In this document: piece by piece, positions 48,719 through 60,133 of the stretch
Position numbering within the stretch: the stretch's first letter is position 1
Layout of the letters: every line of letters starts with the position of its first letter
Source: an uncultured Acidobacteriota bacterium
GTDB taxonomy: Bacteria; Acidobacteriota; Vicinamibacteria; Vicinamibacterales; Fen-181
DNA: 64,000 nt
NCBI GenBank assembly: GCA_963724775.1
Contig: CAVRWB010000019.1
Location: 431,051 to 495,050, forward strand
Direction of reading: 5' to 3'
Notes under the pieces: generated by a model
Seen by the model: the letters and a program-made list of their open reading frames with translations, nothing else
Database searches by the model: none
What the model was told of the DNA's origin: nothing
Translations under genes and position numbers: made by a program

Positions 48719-51300
48719 ATGCGCTGTCCGGCCTGGGTGATTGCTGTCCTCCTGTGCGTGTTCGCTCCGGCCGCCGTGTTGTGCGGCGCGGAGCGGAGCG
48801 GCGTCGTCCTCCCGCCCGGGGCGCGAAGCGTTGCCGCGGTAGCGGCCACCGGCGCGACGGCTGTTCGGTTCGACGGCGAGCTGAACGACGGCGCCTGGGC
48901 CAGCGCGCCCGTCATCGCCGATTTCGTGCAGCGCGAGCCGAACGAGGGCAAACCGCCGAGCTTTCGGACCGAGGCCCGGGTCATCTACGACCACTCGGCG
49001 CTCTTCGTGGCCGTCCGCGCATACGACCCGGAGCCGTCCAAGATCGTCGGCCTCCTCACGCGCCGCGATACCGATTCACCTTCCGACTGGGTCGGCATCG
49101 TGGTCGACTCCTACCACGACCGCCGGACGGCCTACGAATTCGACGTCAACGCCGCCGGCGTCAAGGCCGACAAGTACCGCTTCAGCGACACCAACCAGGA
49201 TGTGAGCTGGGACGCCGTCTGGGACGTACGCGTCGCGCGCGACGAGCAGGGCTGGACCGCGCAGTTCAGAATCCCGTTCTCGCAGCTGCGCTTCGACCCC
49301 AAGCGCGGCCAGCACGTTCGGGTTCGCCCTCGTGCGCCGCGTCGGGCGGCTCAACGAGACGTCGACGTGGCCGCTGCTGCCGAGGAGCGCGCCCGGGTAC
49401 GTGTCGTCGTTGGGCGAGTTGACCGGCCTGAACCTCCAGGGAAGCCGGAAGCGCCTCGAAGTCGTGCCGTACATGGTCGGCCAGGTGCGAGACGCAGCAG
49501 GCGCAGGCGGGCAACCCCTTCATCCGGAGCTCCGACGCGACGCGCGTCCTTCGGCGCCGACGCGAAGTTCGCGGTCACGCCGGGGCTCACGGTGACCGCC
49601 ACGTTGAACCCGGACTTCGGCCAGGTGGAAGCCGACCCGGCGGTGGTGAACCTGAGCGCGTTCGAGACGTATTTCGACGAGCGGCGGCCGTTCTTCGTCG
49701 AAGGGTCGGGCATCTTCCACTTCGACATCGACTGCAACGACGGGCAGTGCCGGGGGCTGTTCTATTCGCGGCGGATCGGCAGGACGCCGCGCGGGACGCC
49801 GACCGTTCCCGACGGGGGCTACTCGTCGATCCCGGCGCAGACGACGATCCTCGGCGCGGCGAAGCTGACCGGCCGCGTGGGGAAGTTCTCGGTCGGCGGG
49901 CTGACCGCCGTGACCAACGACGAGCGCGCCAGCATGTACGACGGCACGAACACCTCGCGGACCCTGGTGGAGCCGCTCACCGGCTACTCGGTCGGGCGCG
50001 CCACGCGCGAGTTCGCCAACCAGTCATCGCTCGGGTTCATGGCGACCGCGACCAACCGCCGCCTGACCGCCGACGTGTCGTTCCTGCCGAGCGAGGCGTA
50101 CACCGGCGGCGCGGACTGGGACTGGCGCATGGGCAAGAAGGGTGCGTACTCGCTGGCCGGCTACTGGGCCGCGAGCACCGTGCGCGGCAGCGCGGAGGCC
50201 ATCGACGGGCATCCAGACGAGCATGGTCCACGCTTACCAGCGCCCGGACGCGGGGCACGTCTGACCTCGACCCGACACGCACGGCGCTGAGCGGCATGAG
50301 CGCATCGCTGGGTCTCGCGAGGCTCGCCGGCGATCGCGTGCGGTTCAAAGCAACGGCTGGCTCAAGACGCCCGGGTTCGACATCAACGACCTGGGGTTCC
50401 TGCAGCGCGCGGACGAGCAGGGCTTCTCCAACTGGTTCCAGGTCCGGAACGACAAGCCGTCGAAGCACTTCCGGAACACGCGGCTCAACTTCAACCAGTG
50501 GGCGGTCTTCAACTTCGACGGCGACCGCCTCGCCCTCGGCGCGCAACGTGAACGGCAACGTGCGGACCGAGGGCAACCACTCGACTCGGCGCCGGCGTCA
50601 ACGTCGAAGGCGAGGCGTTCGATGACCGGCTGACACGCGGCGGGCCGGGCGGCCGGACGACCCGATGGCTCTTCCTCTGGCACAACTTCGAGAGCGACGA
50701 CCGCAAGCCGGTCCAATACATCCTACAGCCTGCAAGGCGGCCGCGACTGGTACGACAGCTCGCGGCTGTCGTTCAGCCCGGCCGTCCGCGTGCGGCCCTC
50801 CTCGGCGCTGTCGCTGACCGTCGGCCTCAGCCTGTCGCACAACATGGACGACTCGCAGTGGGTCGAGAACCTCACCGACACGCCGCGAGCATTACGTCTT
50901 CGGCCATCTCGACCAGACGACCGTGGCAGCGACGCTTCGCGTGAACTACACGCTGACGCCGCGCCTGTCCATCCAGTTGTACGGCGCGCCGTTCGTCTCG
51001 GCCGGCGGCTACGGGCCGTTCAAGGAGCTTGTCGACGGGCGCGCGCCCGCCTACGCAGACCGATACGCGCCATTTGCCTACGCGGGCAACCCGGACTTCA
51101 ACTACAAGTCGTTCCGCACGACCAACGTCCTGCGCTGGGAGTACCGGCCAGGCTCCACCTTGTTCGTGGTCTGGCAGCAGGGCCGCGAGGAAGTCACCGA
51201 TGCCGGCCGCTTCCGCTTCGGGCGCGACTTCACCGACGTGTTCCGCGCGGCCGGCCACAACGTCTTCCTGGTCAAGATGGCGCACTGGCTCAACTTCTAG
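48719..51300 (+). CDS. DUF5916 / CBM9-like domain outer-membrane protein; several frameshifts
   Basis: FVQREP, RIPFSQLRF, NPDFGQVEAD, ERRPFFVEG and VLRWEYRPGSTLFVVW motifs; terminal Phe. Confidence 0.8.
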
Positions 51301-51522
51301 CCCGAGCGCACAGAGCGAGACGGTGATTGGCTGAGAGATCCAGAGACGCATTCATGAAGCGCGACCTCGCCTTCAGCTAGAGCGCCGGCGGAGCCGACGG
51401 AGCCAGGCCGGTGTTTGACCCCTTTGCTACAATGCCATGCTCTCTGCGGCTGGCGTGCGGGAGCCTGAGCGGCGGCCGACGGCCTGCCACCTGTCATACC
51501 GGGCCCCTCACGGTGAGTCTCT

Positions 51523-53770
51523 GTGCGCGTTCTTCGTTCCGTCATCCCTGTTTCAGCGCTGGTCGCGACAGTCTGCGCGCTCCTTTTCGCCGTCCCGGCG
51601 ATCGGCGCGCCGGACACTCCTCGCCTCCGCATCCCGCGCGTGTCCTCGCCGCCGCGGCTCGACGACATCGCGGCGGGGCGGATCCCGACGGACATGGCGC
51701 GGGTGGAGGGTTTCGTCCAGCGCGAGCCGCGTGACGGGGAGGCGGTCAGCCGCGAAACGACGGTCTTCGCCGGGTACGACGACGCGTCGCTCTACGTCGT
51801 GTTCCTCTGCAAGGAGGACAAGGGCGTCGTGCGCGCGCGGATGGCCAAGCGCGAGTCGATCATGGGCGACGACAACGTCGGGGTGTTCATCGACACGTTC
51901 AACGACCACCGGCACGCCTACGGCTTCACGGCGAACGCGCTGGGCATCCAGATGGACAGCCTCGTCACCGACGGGCAGGACGACGACTACAGCTTCGACA
52001 CGCTGTGGTACAGCGAGGGCCGCCTGACGGCGGACGGGTACGCGGTCCGCCTGGCCATCCCGTTCCGCAGCCTCCGCTTCAGCAACACCTCGGTGCAATC
52101 GTGGGGCATCGTCTTCGTTCGCTTCCTGCCGACGCGCAACGAGATTTCCTTCTGGCCCCGCATCACCAAGAACATCAGCAATCAGATCGCGCAGGGGGCC
52201 GACCTCGAGGGGATCGAGGGCATTTCACCCGGCCGCAACATGCAGTTCATCCCGTACGGCGCGTTCACGGGATCGCGGTTCCTCCAGGAGGAGTCCGGGA
52301 CGTACGGCGACAAGAACGAGGGCCGCGCCGGGCTGGACGCGAAGGTGGTGATCAAGGACGCGCTCACGCTCGACGTGGCCGCGAACCCGGATTTCAGCCA
52401 GGTGGAGTCCGACGAGCCGCAAGTGACGATCAACCAGCGCTTCGAGGTGCAGTTCCCGGAGAAGCGCCCGTTCTTCATCGAGAACTCCAGCTACTTCAAG
52501 ACGTCCGAGGAGCTGTTCTTCTCGCGGCGCATCGTGGACCCGAGTTTCGGTACGCGGCTGACGGGGAGAGTCGGCTCCTGGACGGTGGCCGGCCTGATCA
52601 TGGACGACCGCGCGCCCGGCGAGCAGGCGGCGCCCGCCTCCGGGGTGCAGGGGAAACGGGCGGTCGCCGCCGTCGGCCGGGTCGTCCGGGAGTTCGGCCG
52701 CCAGTCCACGATTGGCGCGATGGTGACCAGCCGTGACTTTGGCGCCAGCTCCAACCGGGTCGCGGCCGCGGACCTGCGCTTGCGGCTCGGGGACAACTGG
52801 GTGGTCGGCGGACAGGCGATCGCCAGCCAGACGACCCACCAGGACGGCAGCACGCAGTCCGGGCCGGCCTTCGTGACCGGGATGGACTATTCGAGCCGCA
52901 ACCTCGAGTTCAGCAGCTCCTACACGGACCGGAGCGAAGGCTTCCGGTCGGAGCTTGGCTTCTTCCGCCGGACCGACATCCGGCAGTGGGAGAGCGACAT
53001 CCAGTACAAGTGGTTCCCCAAGGACAGCCCGCTCCTCAGCTGGGGGCCCGCCTTCGAGGCCTCGACGGTGTGGAACCAGCGCGGCGAGCTGCAGGACTGG
53101 GAGGCCGGGCCCGAGGTGGAGTTCGAGCTTCCGGCCGGCACGCAGATCCACCTGGGGGCTGGCCGGGCGTACGAAGTGTACGAGGGGATTGGGTTCGAGA
53201 AGCACTCGTTCCGGGCCTTCACCGAAACCGAGTGGCTGAACTGGCTGTCGGGAATGTTCGCCTACAATCAAGGCCCGCAGATCAACTACTACCCGGCCCA
53301 GGGGCTGCCCTTCCTCGCCGCCGGCCGCGAGGTGGAGGCGGGCGTCACGCTTCGGCCAACCCCTCGGGTGCGCATCGAGGGAACGTATATCTACAACGAC
53401 CTGACGACCGGCACCGACCGTCCCGCCGGTGTCGAAGAGGGCGAATCGATCTTCCGCCTGCACCTGTTCCGCACGAAGGCGAACTACCAGTTCACTCGGG
53501 AACTCTCGCTGCGGGCCATCATCGACTACAACGTCGTCACGCCGAATACCGGGCTCGTGGATCTCGAGCACGACAAGCGCCTCACGGGCGACATCCTCGT
53601 CACCTACCTCCTGAACCCTGGCACCGCGGTTTATGTCGGGTATACGGGCGCGTACGCCAACCTGGCGCTCGACCCGCGGCTGCCCGCATCGCAGCAGCGC
53701 ACCGATTCGGCCCGGACGCTCACCGGCCGCCAGTTCTTCGTGAAGTTGAGCTATTTGCTGCGGGTACTGA
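51523..53770 (+). CDS. DUF5916 / CBM9-like domain protein (second paralog)
   Basis: FVQREP, IPFRSLRF, NPDFSQVESD and PEKRPFF motifs. Probable true end FFVKLSYLLRY-TGA, with one extra G near 53763. Confidence 0.8.
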
Positions 53771-53788
53771 GGGGGCACCGGCGATCGT

Positions 53789-54895
53789 CTACGCGATCTT
53801 CTTCTGCTGCGCGATCTCCCGCGCCAGGCGCTCCTGCAGGAACGCGAGCACTGCGCCTTCTTCCGGGCGCAGGCCCTCGAGCCGCTCGGCGAGCGCGCGC
53901 TGGGTTCGCTGCTGAAACGTGCGAAGCGTGAGGCCGTCCGCGTAGGCGTCCAGCACCGCTGGGTGGACGTAGCACTTGCGGCAGATCGCGGGGGTGTTGC
54001 CCAACTGCTTCGCCACGTCCTCGATCGCGCGGACGATGTTCTTCTTGCACTGAGCCTGGGAGTCGAACGACTCGTACTCCTGGAGGGCGAGCGCGGCGAG
54101 GAGCGTTCCCGCCCAGGTGCGGAAATCCTTCGCGGTGAAGTCCTGCCCGCTGATCTCTCGCAGGTACTCGTTCACGTCGGCCGAGTCCACGACCTGCGGT
54201 TCGCCGTCGTCGTCGATATACTGGAACAACTCGTAGCCCGGGAGATCGCGGCAGCGTCGCACGATCGACGCGAGGCGGCGGTCCGAGATGTCCACCGTGT
54301 GCCGCTTGCCGGCCTTGCCCTTGAACGAGAAGCGAACGGTGGCGCCGTCGATCGCGACATGCCGGTCGCGCATGGTGGTCAGCCCGAAGGAGCCGTTCGC
54401 GCGCGCGTACTCCTCGTTTCCGACGCGGATGAACGTGGTCTCCAGCAGCCGGACGACGGCCGCCAGGACCTTCCGGCGCGGGAGGCCGCGCAGGCCGAGG
54501 TCCTCGTTCAGCTTCTGCCGGATCGTGGACAGCGCTTCGGCGAACGCGATCATTCGGGCGTACTTCGTCTCGTCGCGCACCGCGCGCCACCGCGGGTGAT
54601 ACCGGTACTGTTTTCGGCCCTTGGCGTCTCGGCCCGTCGCCAGCAGGTGGCCGTTGGGGTAAGGCGAGATCCAGACGTCCGTCCAGGCCGGGGGGATGGC
54701 GAGCCTGCGGATGCGCTGCAGTTCCTTCTCGTCGGCGATCTCCTCGCCCGACCGGTCGAGATACACGAAGCCGTCGCCGCGCCGGCGCCTGGTGATGCCG
54801 GGCCCGGCGTCGCTGACGTACCGCAAGCCCGCGGACCGCGCGGATTGAACGGACTCGTGGAGCGCCTCGGCCGCCTGCTGGGCAGCGTTCGCCAT
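53789..54895 (-). CDS. DNA topoisomerase IB (bacterial, poxvirus-like)
   Basis: IPPAWTDVWI, GRKQYRYH, RVGNEEY, AKDFRTW and LGNTPAICRKCYVHP motifs. Confidence 0.95.
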   Translation of the reverse strand: MANAAQQAAEALHESVQSARSAGLRYVSDAGPGITRRRRGDGFVYLDRSGEEIADEKELQRIRRLAIPPAWTDVWISPYPNGHLLATGRDAKGRKQYRYHPRWRAVRDETKYARMIAFAEALSTIRQKLNEDLGLRGLPRRKVLAAVVRLLETTFIRVGNEEYARANGSFGLTTMRDRHVAIDGATVRFSFKGKAGKRHTVDISDRRLASIVRRCRDLPGYELFQYIDDDGEPQVVDSADVNEYLREISGQDFTAKDFRTWAGTLLAALALQEYESFDSQAQCKKNIVRAIEDVAKQLGNTPAICRKCYVHPAVLDAYADGLTLRTFQQRTQRALAERLEGLRPEEGAVLAFLQERLAREIAQQKKIA

Positions 54896-54944
54896 GCACG
54901 GGGTAGCAGCAAGACACGTTCCGTGCCGCTGCTATACTCCTTTG

Positions 54945-56399
54945 ATGGGATTTGCCCCCGAGTATGTCGCGTCGGTTCTCGCGGAGAACTTCGAGGACGC
55001 GAAGCGGCTCTTCCTTCCGCCGTTGATGGCGATCCACTACGCGCATCTCGTGATGCTCGCGGAGCGCGGGATCATCGGGGCTGGCGACGCGCGACTCCTG
55101 CGGGACGCCCTCGACGGTATCGACGCCGGCCGTGTGTCGGCGGTTCGCTACGACGGCACCTACGAAGATCTCTTCTGCTACCTGAACCAGCTGATCGAGT
55201 CCGCCGCCGGGACGGATGCCGGGGGGCGCCTGCACACCGCGCGCAGCCGCAACGACATCGACATGACGATGTACCGGATGCAGCAGCGCGCGTACATGCT
55301 CTCGCTGGCCGGCATGGCGATCGCGCTGCGCGAGAGCCTGGCCGCCGTTGCCGATCGCAACCGCGACACAATCCTCGCGCTTCACACGCACACGCAGCCT
55401 GCGCAGCCGTCGACGGTCGCCCATTACCTGCTCGCCGCGCTCGAGCAGCTCGAGCGCGACAGCGTGCGCCTGGCTGCGGCGTACGAAACGACCAACCGCT
55501 GTCCGCTCGGCGCGTGCGCGATCACGGGGACCGGGTTCCCGATCGACCGGCAGCTGACCAGCGACCTCCTCGGGTTCGACGGCCCGACGGGCAACACCTA
55601 CGGCAGCATCGCGACCGTGGACTACCTGCTGCAGAACGTCGCCGCCGCGAGCGTCCTGCTGACCGGCCTTGGGCGCCTCGTGCAGGACCTGCTGGCGTGG
55701 TGCACCGTGGAGTTCGGCTACATGCGGCTGGGCGATGGCTTCGTGCAGGGCAGCAGCATCATGCCCCAGAAGCGCAACCCGGTGGCATTGGAGCACGCCC
55801 GCGCCATCTGCAGCAAGGCGCTCGGCGAAGCGACCGCCATCACGCTGGCGGTGCACAACACGCCGTTCGGCGACATCGTGGACACGGAGGACGACCTCCA
55901 GCCGCTCGTGGACCAGTTGTTCCACGACGCCACCCGCGCCCTCTCCCTCGTCGCGGCAGCCATGGCGACGGCCTCGTTCGACGGCGCGCGGCTCGAGGCC
56001 CGGGCCGGTGAGGGCGGAACGACGCTGACGGAACTGGCCGACACGCTGGTGCGCGAGCGGGGCGTCTGCTTCCAGACGGCGCACGCCGTCGCGGGGCGCG
56101 TCGCGCAGGCTCTCCAGGACGACCCCGCCTGCGACCTCGCGGAGGTTGTCCGTGCGGCGTCGCGCGAGTTGGCCGGGGAGGCCTTCGATTACCCGGCCGG
56201 CCGGCTGCGCCAGATCCTCAGCCCGCGCCACTTCGTCGAGGTGCGGACAACGCTGGGCGGCCCGGCGCCGGCAACGGCGGCACAAGCGCTGGTCGGCGTG
56301 CGGCTGCGCCTCGACGCGGACCGCCGCTGGCTGGATGGCCGGCGCGCGGCGCTCGCCGCAGCGGGTGAGCGCCTGAAGGAACGGAGCCGCCAGCTATGA
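54945..56399 (+). CDS. argH: Argininosuccinate lyase
   Basis: LHTARSRND, THTQPAQP and GSSIMPQKRNP motifs. Confidence 0.9.
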   Translation: MGFAPEYVASVLAENFEDAKRLFLPPLMAIHYAHLVMLAERGIIGAGDARLLRDALDGIDAGRVSAVRYDGTYEDLFCYLNQLIESAAGTDAGGRLHTARSRNDIDMTMYRMQQRAYMLSLAGMAIALRESLAAVADRNRDTILALHTHTQPAQPSTVAHYLLAALEQLERDSVRLAAAYETTNRCPLGACAITGTGFPIDRQLTSDLLGFDGPTGNTYGSIATVDYLLQNVAAASVLLTGLGRLVQDLLAWCTVEFGYMRLGDGFVQGSSIMPQKRNPVALEHARAICSKALGEATAITLAVHNTPFGDIVDTEDDLQPLVDQLFHDATRALSLVAAAMATASFDGARLEARAGEGGTTLTELADTLVRERGVCFQTAHAVAGRVAQALQDDPACDLAEVVRAASRELAGEAFDYPAGRLRQILSPRHFVEVRTTLGGPAPATAAQALVGVRLRLDADRRWLDGRRAALAAAGERLKERSRQL

Positions 56400-56527
56400 G
56401 CGAACCGCAGATCGTCCCGGCCGACGCGCCGCTCCGCGACAGGCGCCGAACCTTCATCGCGGTCATCGCCCTCGAGGCGGTCGTGATCGTCGCCCTCTGG
56501 TTGTTCGGTCGCTACTTCGGCACCTAG
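56396..56527 (+). CDS. 43-aa single-pass membrane protein (not in ORF track)
   Basis: [43 protein letters not shown]; ATGA overlap with the argH stop. Confidence 0.75.
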   Translation: MSEPQIVPADAPLRDRRRTFIAVIALEAVVIVALWLFGRYFGT

Positions 56528-56545
56528 GACGCCGACTCCGGGCGA

Positions 56546-56585
56546 GAAATCGCCAAATCGCCAAATCGCAAAATCGCCCAAATCT
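56546..56585. repeat. 8-mer tandem array (AAATCGCC)
   Basis: About five units directly before the symporter ATG. Confidence 0.85.
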
Positions 56586-56588
56586 CCG

Positions 56589-58280
56589 ATGCACCTCGTC
56601 GACTGGCTCGTCATCCTCGTGTACCTGCTCTGGATCGTCTATGACGGTTTGAAGCGGACCCGTTCGGCCAACGAGATCGAGGGCTACCTGCTCGCCAAGC
56701 GCAGCCTGCCGTGGTGGGCGGCCGGGCTGTCGGTCATGGCCACGCAGCTGTCCGCCATCACGCTGGTGGGGACGACGGGCCAGGGGTACTCGGACGGGAT
56801 GCGGTTCGTCCAGTTCTACTTCGGCCTGCCGATCGCGATGGTCATCCTGTCGTTGACGGTGGTGCCGTTCTTCTACCGGGCCCGCGTCTACACCGCCTAC
56901 GAGTACCTCGAGCGGCGCTTCGACGCGAAGGTGCGCGGCCTGGCGACCGTGTTGTTTCTCGCCGGCCGCAGCCTGTCGTGCGGCGTCATCATCGCCGCGC
57001 CCGCCGTCATCCTGTCGATCGTCCTCGGGTGGAACCTGACGCTCACCGTGCTCGCCATCGGGGTGCCGACCGCCCTCTACACGATGTTCGGCGGCGTGCA
57101 GGCAGTGGCGTGGACCGACGTCAAGCAGATGGGGGTGGTGGTCGCCGCGGTCTTCGCGGCCGTGATCGTGCTCGTCTTCGGCCTGCCGCGCGAGGTTAGC
57201 CTCGGCGAAGCGCTGCACGTCGCGGGCGCCGCCGGCCGCCTCAAGACGCTCGACTTCACCTTCAACTTCACCGAGAAGTACACCTTCTGGTCGGGCACGA
57301 TTGCGTCGCTCTTCCTGATGCTGTCGTACTTCGGGTGCGACCAGAGCCAGGTGCAGCGCTACCTCACGGCCAAGTCGATCGACGAGAGCCGCAGCTCGCT
57401 GATGGTCAGCGCGTTCGTCAAGATCCCGCTCCAGGCGCTGATCCTCCTGACCGGCGTCCTCGTCTTCGCGTATTACCTCTTCACCGCGCCTCCCATGCTC
57501 TTCAACCCTGTCCACCAGGCCAAGGTGGCGGCGAGCGCGAGAGCCGTCGAGTACCGCCAGCTGGAAACACGGTTCAACGAAGGGTTCGAGCGCCGGCGGC
57601 AGGCGGCCGTCTCGCTTGCCGAAGCCCACCGGGCCGGCGACGCCGCCACGATCGCCGCGGCAACGACCGCATTCGCCGACGCGAACGCCGGGGTGAAGGC
57701 GACTCGCACGCAGGCGGCAACGCTGGTGAGGGAGGTGACCGGCGATCGCCTCTACGACGACGTGAACTACGTGTTCCCGACGTTCGTCACGACGCAGCTG
57801 CCAATCGGGCTGGTGGGCCTCATCATCGCGGCCATCTTCGCGGCGGCGATGTCCGCGAGCGCGGGCGAGATGAACTCCCTCGCGACAGCGACCGTCATCG
57901 ACGTCTACCGCCGGCACGTGCGGAAGCAGGCGACCGACGGACACTACCTGCGCGTCTCCAAGCTGGCCACCGGCTTCTGGGGATTGATGGCGTGCGGGTT
58001 CGCGATCTACGCGGCCAACGCCGGTTCGCTGATCGAGGTGGTCAACAAGGTCGGGTCGCTGTTCTACGGCACGCTGCTCGGCGCCTTCGCGCTGGCGATC
58101 GGCACCAGGCGCGCGAACGGGACGGGCACATTCGTGGGGATGCTGGCCGGCTTCGCCACCGTGCTGTGGGCGGCGGCGTTCAGCGGCGTGTCGTACCTCT
58201 GGTTCAACGTCCTCGGCGCGCTGGTCGTCGTCGGAGTCGGCCTGGCCGTGAGCCTCGCCTGGCCTACGCGGGAGGTGTAG
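56589..58280 (+). CDS. Sodium:solute symporter
   Basis: [25 protein letters not shown] and AAAMS motifs. Confidence 0.93.
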   Translation: MHLVDWLVILVYLLWIVYDGLKRTRSANEIEGYLLAKRSLPWWAAGLSVMATQLSAITLVGTTGQGYSDGMRFVQFYFGLPIAMVILSLTVVPFFYRARVYTAYEYLERRFDAKVRGLATVLFLAGRSLSCGVIIAAPAVILSIVLGWNLTLTVLAIGVPTALYTMFGGVQAVAWTDVKQMGVVVAAVFAAVIVLVFGLPREVSLGEALHVAGAAGRLKTLDFTFNFTEKYTFWSGTIASLFLMLSYFGCDQSQVQRYLTAKSIDESRSSLMVSAFVKIPLQALILLTGVLVFAYYLFTAPPMLFNPVHQAKVAASARAVEYRQLETRFNEGFERRRQAAVSLAEAHRAGDAATIAAATTAFADANAGVKATRTQAATLVREVTGDRLYDDVNYVFPTFVTTQLPIGLVGLIIAAIFAAAMSASAGEMNSLATATVIDVYRRHVRKQATDGHYLRVSKLATGFWGLMACGFAIYAANAGSLIEVVNKVGSLFYGTLLGAFALAIGTRRANGTGTFVGMLAGFATVLWAAAFSGVSYLWFNVLGALVVVGVGLAVSLAWPTREV

Positions 58281-58299
58281 CGCGACGCTTCTCGTGAAC

Positions 58300-58378
58300 G
58301 GCGTAGGACAGGCGTCTCGCCTGTCGTGGGGCGTAGGACAGGCGTCCGGCGTGTCGCCGCGGCGTAGGACAGGCGTCC
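58300..58378 (+). repeat. GTAG-family REP array (3 copies, ~30-nt period, innermost truncated)
   Basis: GTAG feet at 58303, 58333 and 58364. Confidence 0.9.
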
Positions 58379-58482
58379 AGTTGTAAGCTCTGCGGCCATA
58401 GCTTCGGCTTGGCCCATTCCGCCGAGCTTGCTGGCCGTCGAGAAATGGATATCATCGAGCCTGCCCCTGCTGAGAGGTTCCT

Positions 58483-59241
58483 ATGCCCGCGACGTCTGCC
58501 GAAACCGCGCGCCCGACGCCCGCTGCCGTCGAGCGCCTGATGAAGAAGCTGCGCCTCACGACGCCGCTGCTTGCCGTCTACGACGCCGCGCCCTCCGACG
58601 CGTTCTCCCCGGTCTTCGACGCCGAGGGGGACGACTGCTGCTTTTCCTACTACGACCGCTGGATGGCTGGTGAGACGCTCGCGTTGAAGAAGGGCGGCGG
58701 CGGCTGCAAGGGGGCGCACCGCGCGCTGGGCATCGAGCAGGCGGCGGCGCCGCCGTTCATGGCACACATGCTGACCGATGGCGTCGGCGCGCCGAAGGGC
58801 GAGGGACTGCGCGCCACGCCGGAGATCGCGCAGGCAATCCTCGACCGCGGCAAGCCGCCGGTGCCCCGGGCGGGCAGCATTCTCGTCGGGCCCTTGCGCC
58901 TCGACCAGTGGGACAGCGTGCGCAGCGTGACCTTCCTGGTGGACCCGGACCGGCTGGCGGCCCTCACCACGCTGGCAGGCTACTGGTCGGCCGAGAACGT
59001 GGTGGCGGCGCCATTCGGGTCCGCGTGCAGCTTCTTCTGGAAGTCGTTCAACGAGATCGAAGGCGCGCAGGCGGTGATCGGCGGGACCGACGTGGCGATG
59101 CGGCAATACCTGCCGACCGCGATCATGACGCTGACCGTGGCACCCGGCCACTTCGCGAAGATGCTGACGGTGGGCGACGACTCCTTCCTCGACCGCGAGT
59201 GGTGGACCGACCTCATGGACGTCCGCGACCGCTGGGCCTGA
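58483..59241 (+). CDS. DUF169 family protein
   Basis: CC, GCKGAHRALG, LVGPL, VTFLVDPDRL, FGSACS and IGGTD..MR motifs. Confidence 0.75.
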   Translation: MPATSAETARPTPAAVERLMKKLRLTTPLLAVYDAAPSDAFSPVFDAEGDDCCFSYYDRWMAGETLALKKGGGGCKGAHRALGIEQAAAPPFMAHMLTDGVGAPKGEGLRATPEIAQAILDRGKPPVPRAGSILVGPLRLDQWDSVRSVTFLVDPDRLAALTTLAGYWSAENVVAAPFGSACSFFWKSFNEIEGAQAVIGGTDVAMRQYLPTAIMTLTVAPGHFAKMLTVGDDSFLDREWWTDLMDVRDRWA

Positions 59242-59242
59242 C

Positions 59243-59318
59243 GCCTACGCCCCGCGACAGGCGAGACGCCTGTCCTACGCCGCGCGACAGGCGAGACGCC
59301 TGTCCTACGCCCCGCGAC
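59243..59318 (-). repeat. GTAG-family REP array (30-nt period, innermost truncated)
   Basis: CTAC ends at 59248, 59278 and 59308; inverted relative to the 58300 array. Confidence 0.9.
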
Positions 59319-59664
59319 CCAGCCAGGCGCCGGACCGCGTGTGAACCGCGGGGACGCCCGCGCCGGTGATGCGGCTGACGGCTGCGACGAGCGCCGGCAC
59401 GAGCGGCGGATACCAGGTCGCCTCGCCGCGGTAGAAGGGGTCCGCGAACGGCTGCCCGTCGGCCGCTGTCTGCGCCTGGGCGATGTCGCGCACGAGGTCG
59501 GGCTCCCTCGGCCAGTTGAGGCCTTGCACCGTCTGCCATCCCACCCACAGCGCCGCCAGGCAGAAGAGGGCCGCCAAAAGGTCGCAGGCAAGCCGGGTCT
59601 GCGCGGGCAGCGACCACGCGGCTCGTCGCTGGCGGGCCGGAAGGGCAGAAGAGGCGGGTGTCAC
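59305..59664 (-). pseudogene. Probably truncated membrane protein (GT-C glycosyltransferase-like N-terminus)
   Basis: TM helix, then PDLVRDIAQA..ADPFY..WYPPL; the frame runs into the REP and stops at its TAG after 119 aa. TATAAT upstream. Confidence 0.5.
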
Positions 59665-59717
59665 AGGCGGTGGATTATACGACGCGCCCAGCGCCGGGTT
59701 TGTGCGAGGATCGAGGG

Positions 59718-60089
59718 ATGAACCCTCTGTGGATTGCCGCGCTCCTGACCGTCGCGGCGCCGCTTGCCTGCGCAGCGCAGGTTCGCCTCGGCGATCCGGC
59801 GCCCAACCCCGAGAAGGCGCGCGCGGAGGCGGTCGAGCGGGCGACGACCGTGCTTCGTGATGCCCTGGAGTTGCCGAAGACGGAGGCGATCGCCGTCGAG
59901 TCGTCGAAAGCCGCGACCTGGCCGGACGCGAGCCTCGGCTGCCCGGAGAAGGACCACATGTACGCGCAAGTCGTCACGTCCGGCTGGACGGTGGTCCTCA
60001 AGGCCGCCGGTCGGACGCACGAGGTGCACGTGGCCGGTAAGCGGGCGGTCATCTGTGAGGGCCGGACCAAAGCGGCTGACGACCGCTGA
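59718..60089 (+). CDS. Secreted hypothetical protein
   Basis: Signal peptide; TWPDASLGCP..MYAQVVTSGW motif. Confidence 0.75.
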   Translation: MNPLWIAALLTVAAPLACAAQVRLGDPAPNPEKARAEAVERATTVLRDALELPKTEAIAVESSKAATWPDASLGCPEKDHMYAQVVTSGWTVVLKAAGRTHEVHVAGKRAVICEGRTKAADDR

Positions 60090-60133
60090 ACGCGGCCACC
60101 TGTCACTTTCCGGTGTGATTCGAATCCTTTTCA

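Noticed and set aside
53771-53931. C-terminal extension of the second DUF5916 gene overlapping TopIB
   Set aside because: Removing one G gives the expected end SYLLRY-TGA at 53770; likely an error.
60110-60128. tRNA T-arm-like GATTCGAATCC as an att-site remnant
   Set aside because: No acceptor stem, CCA or integrase; too short to be significant.
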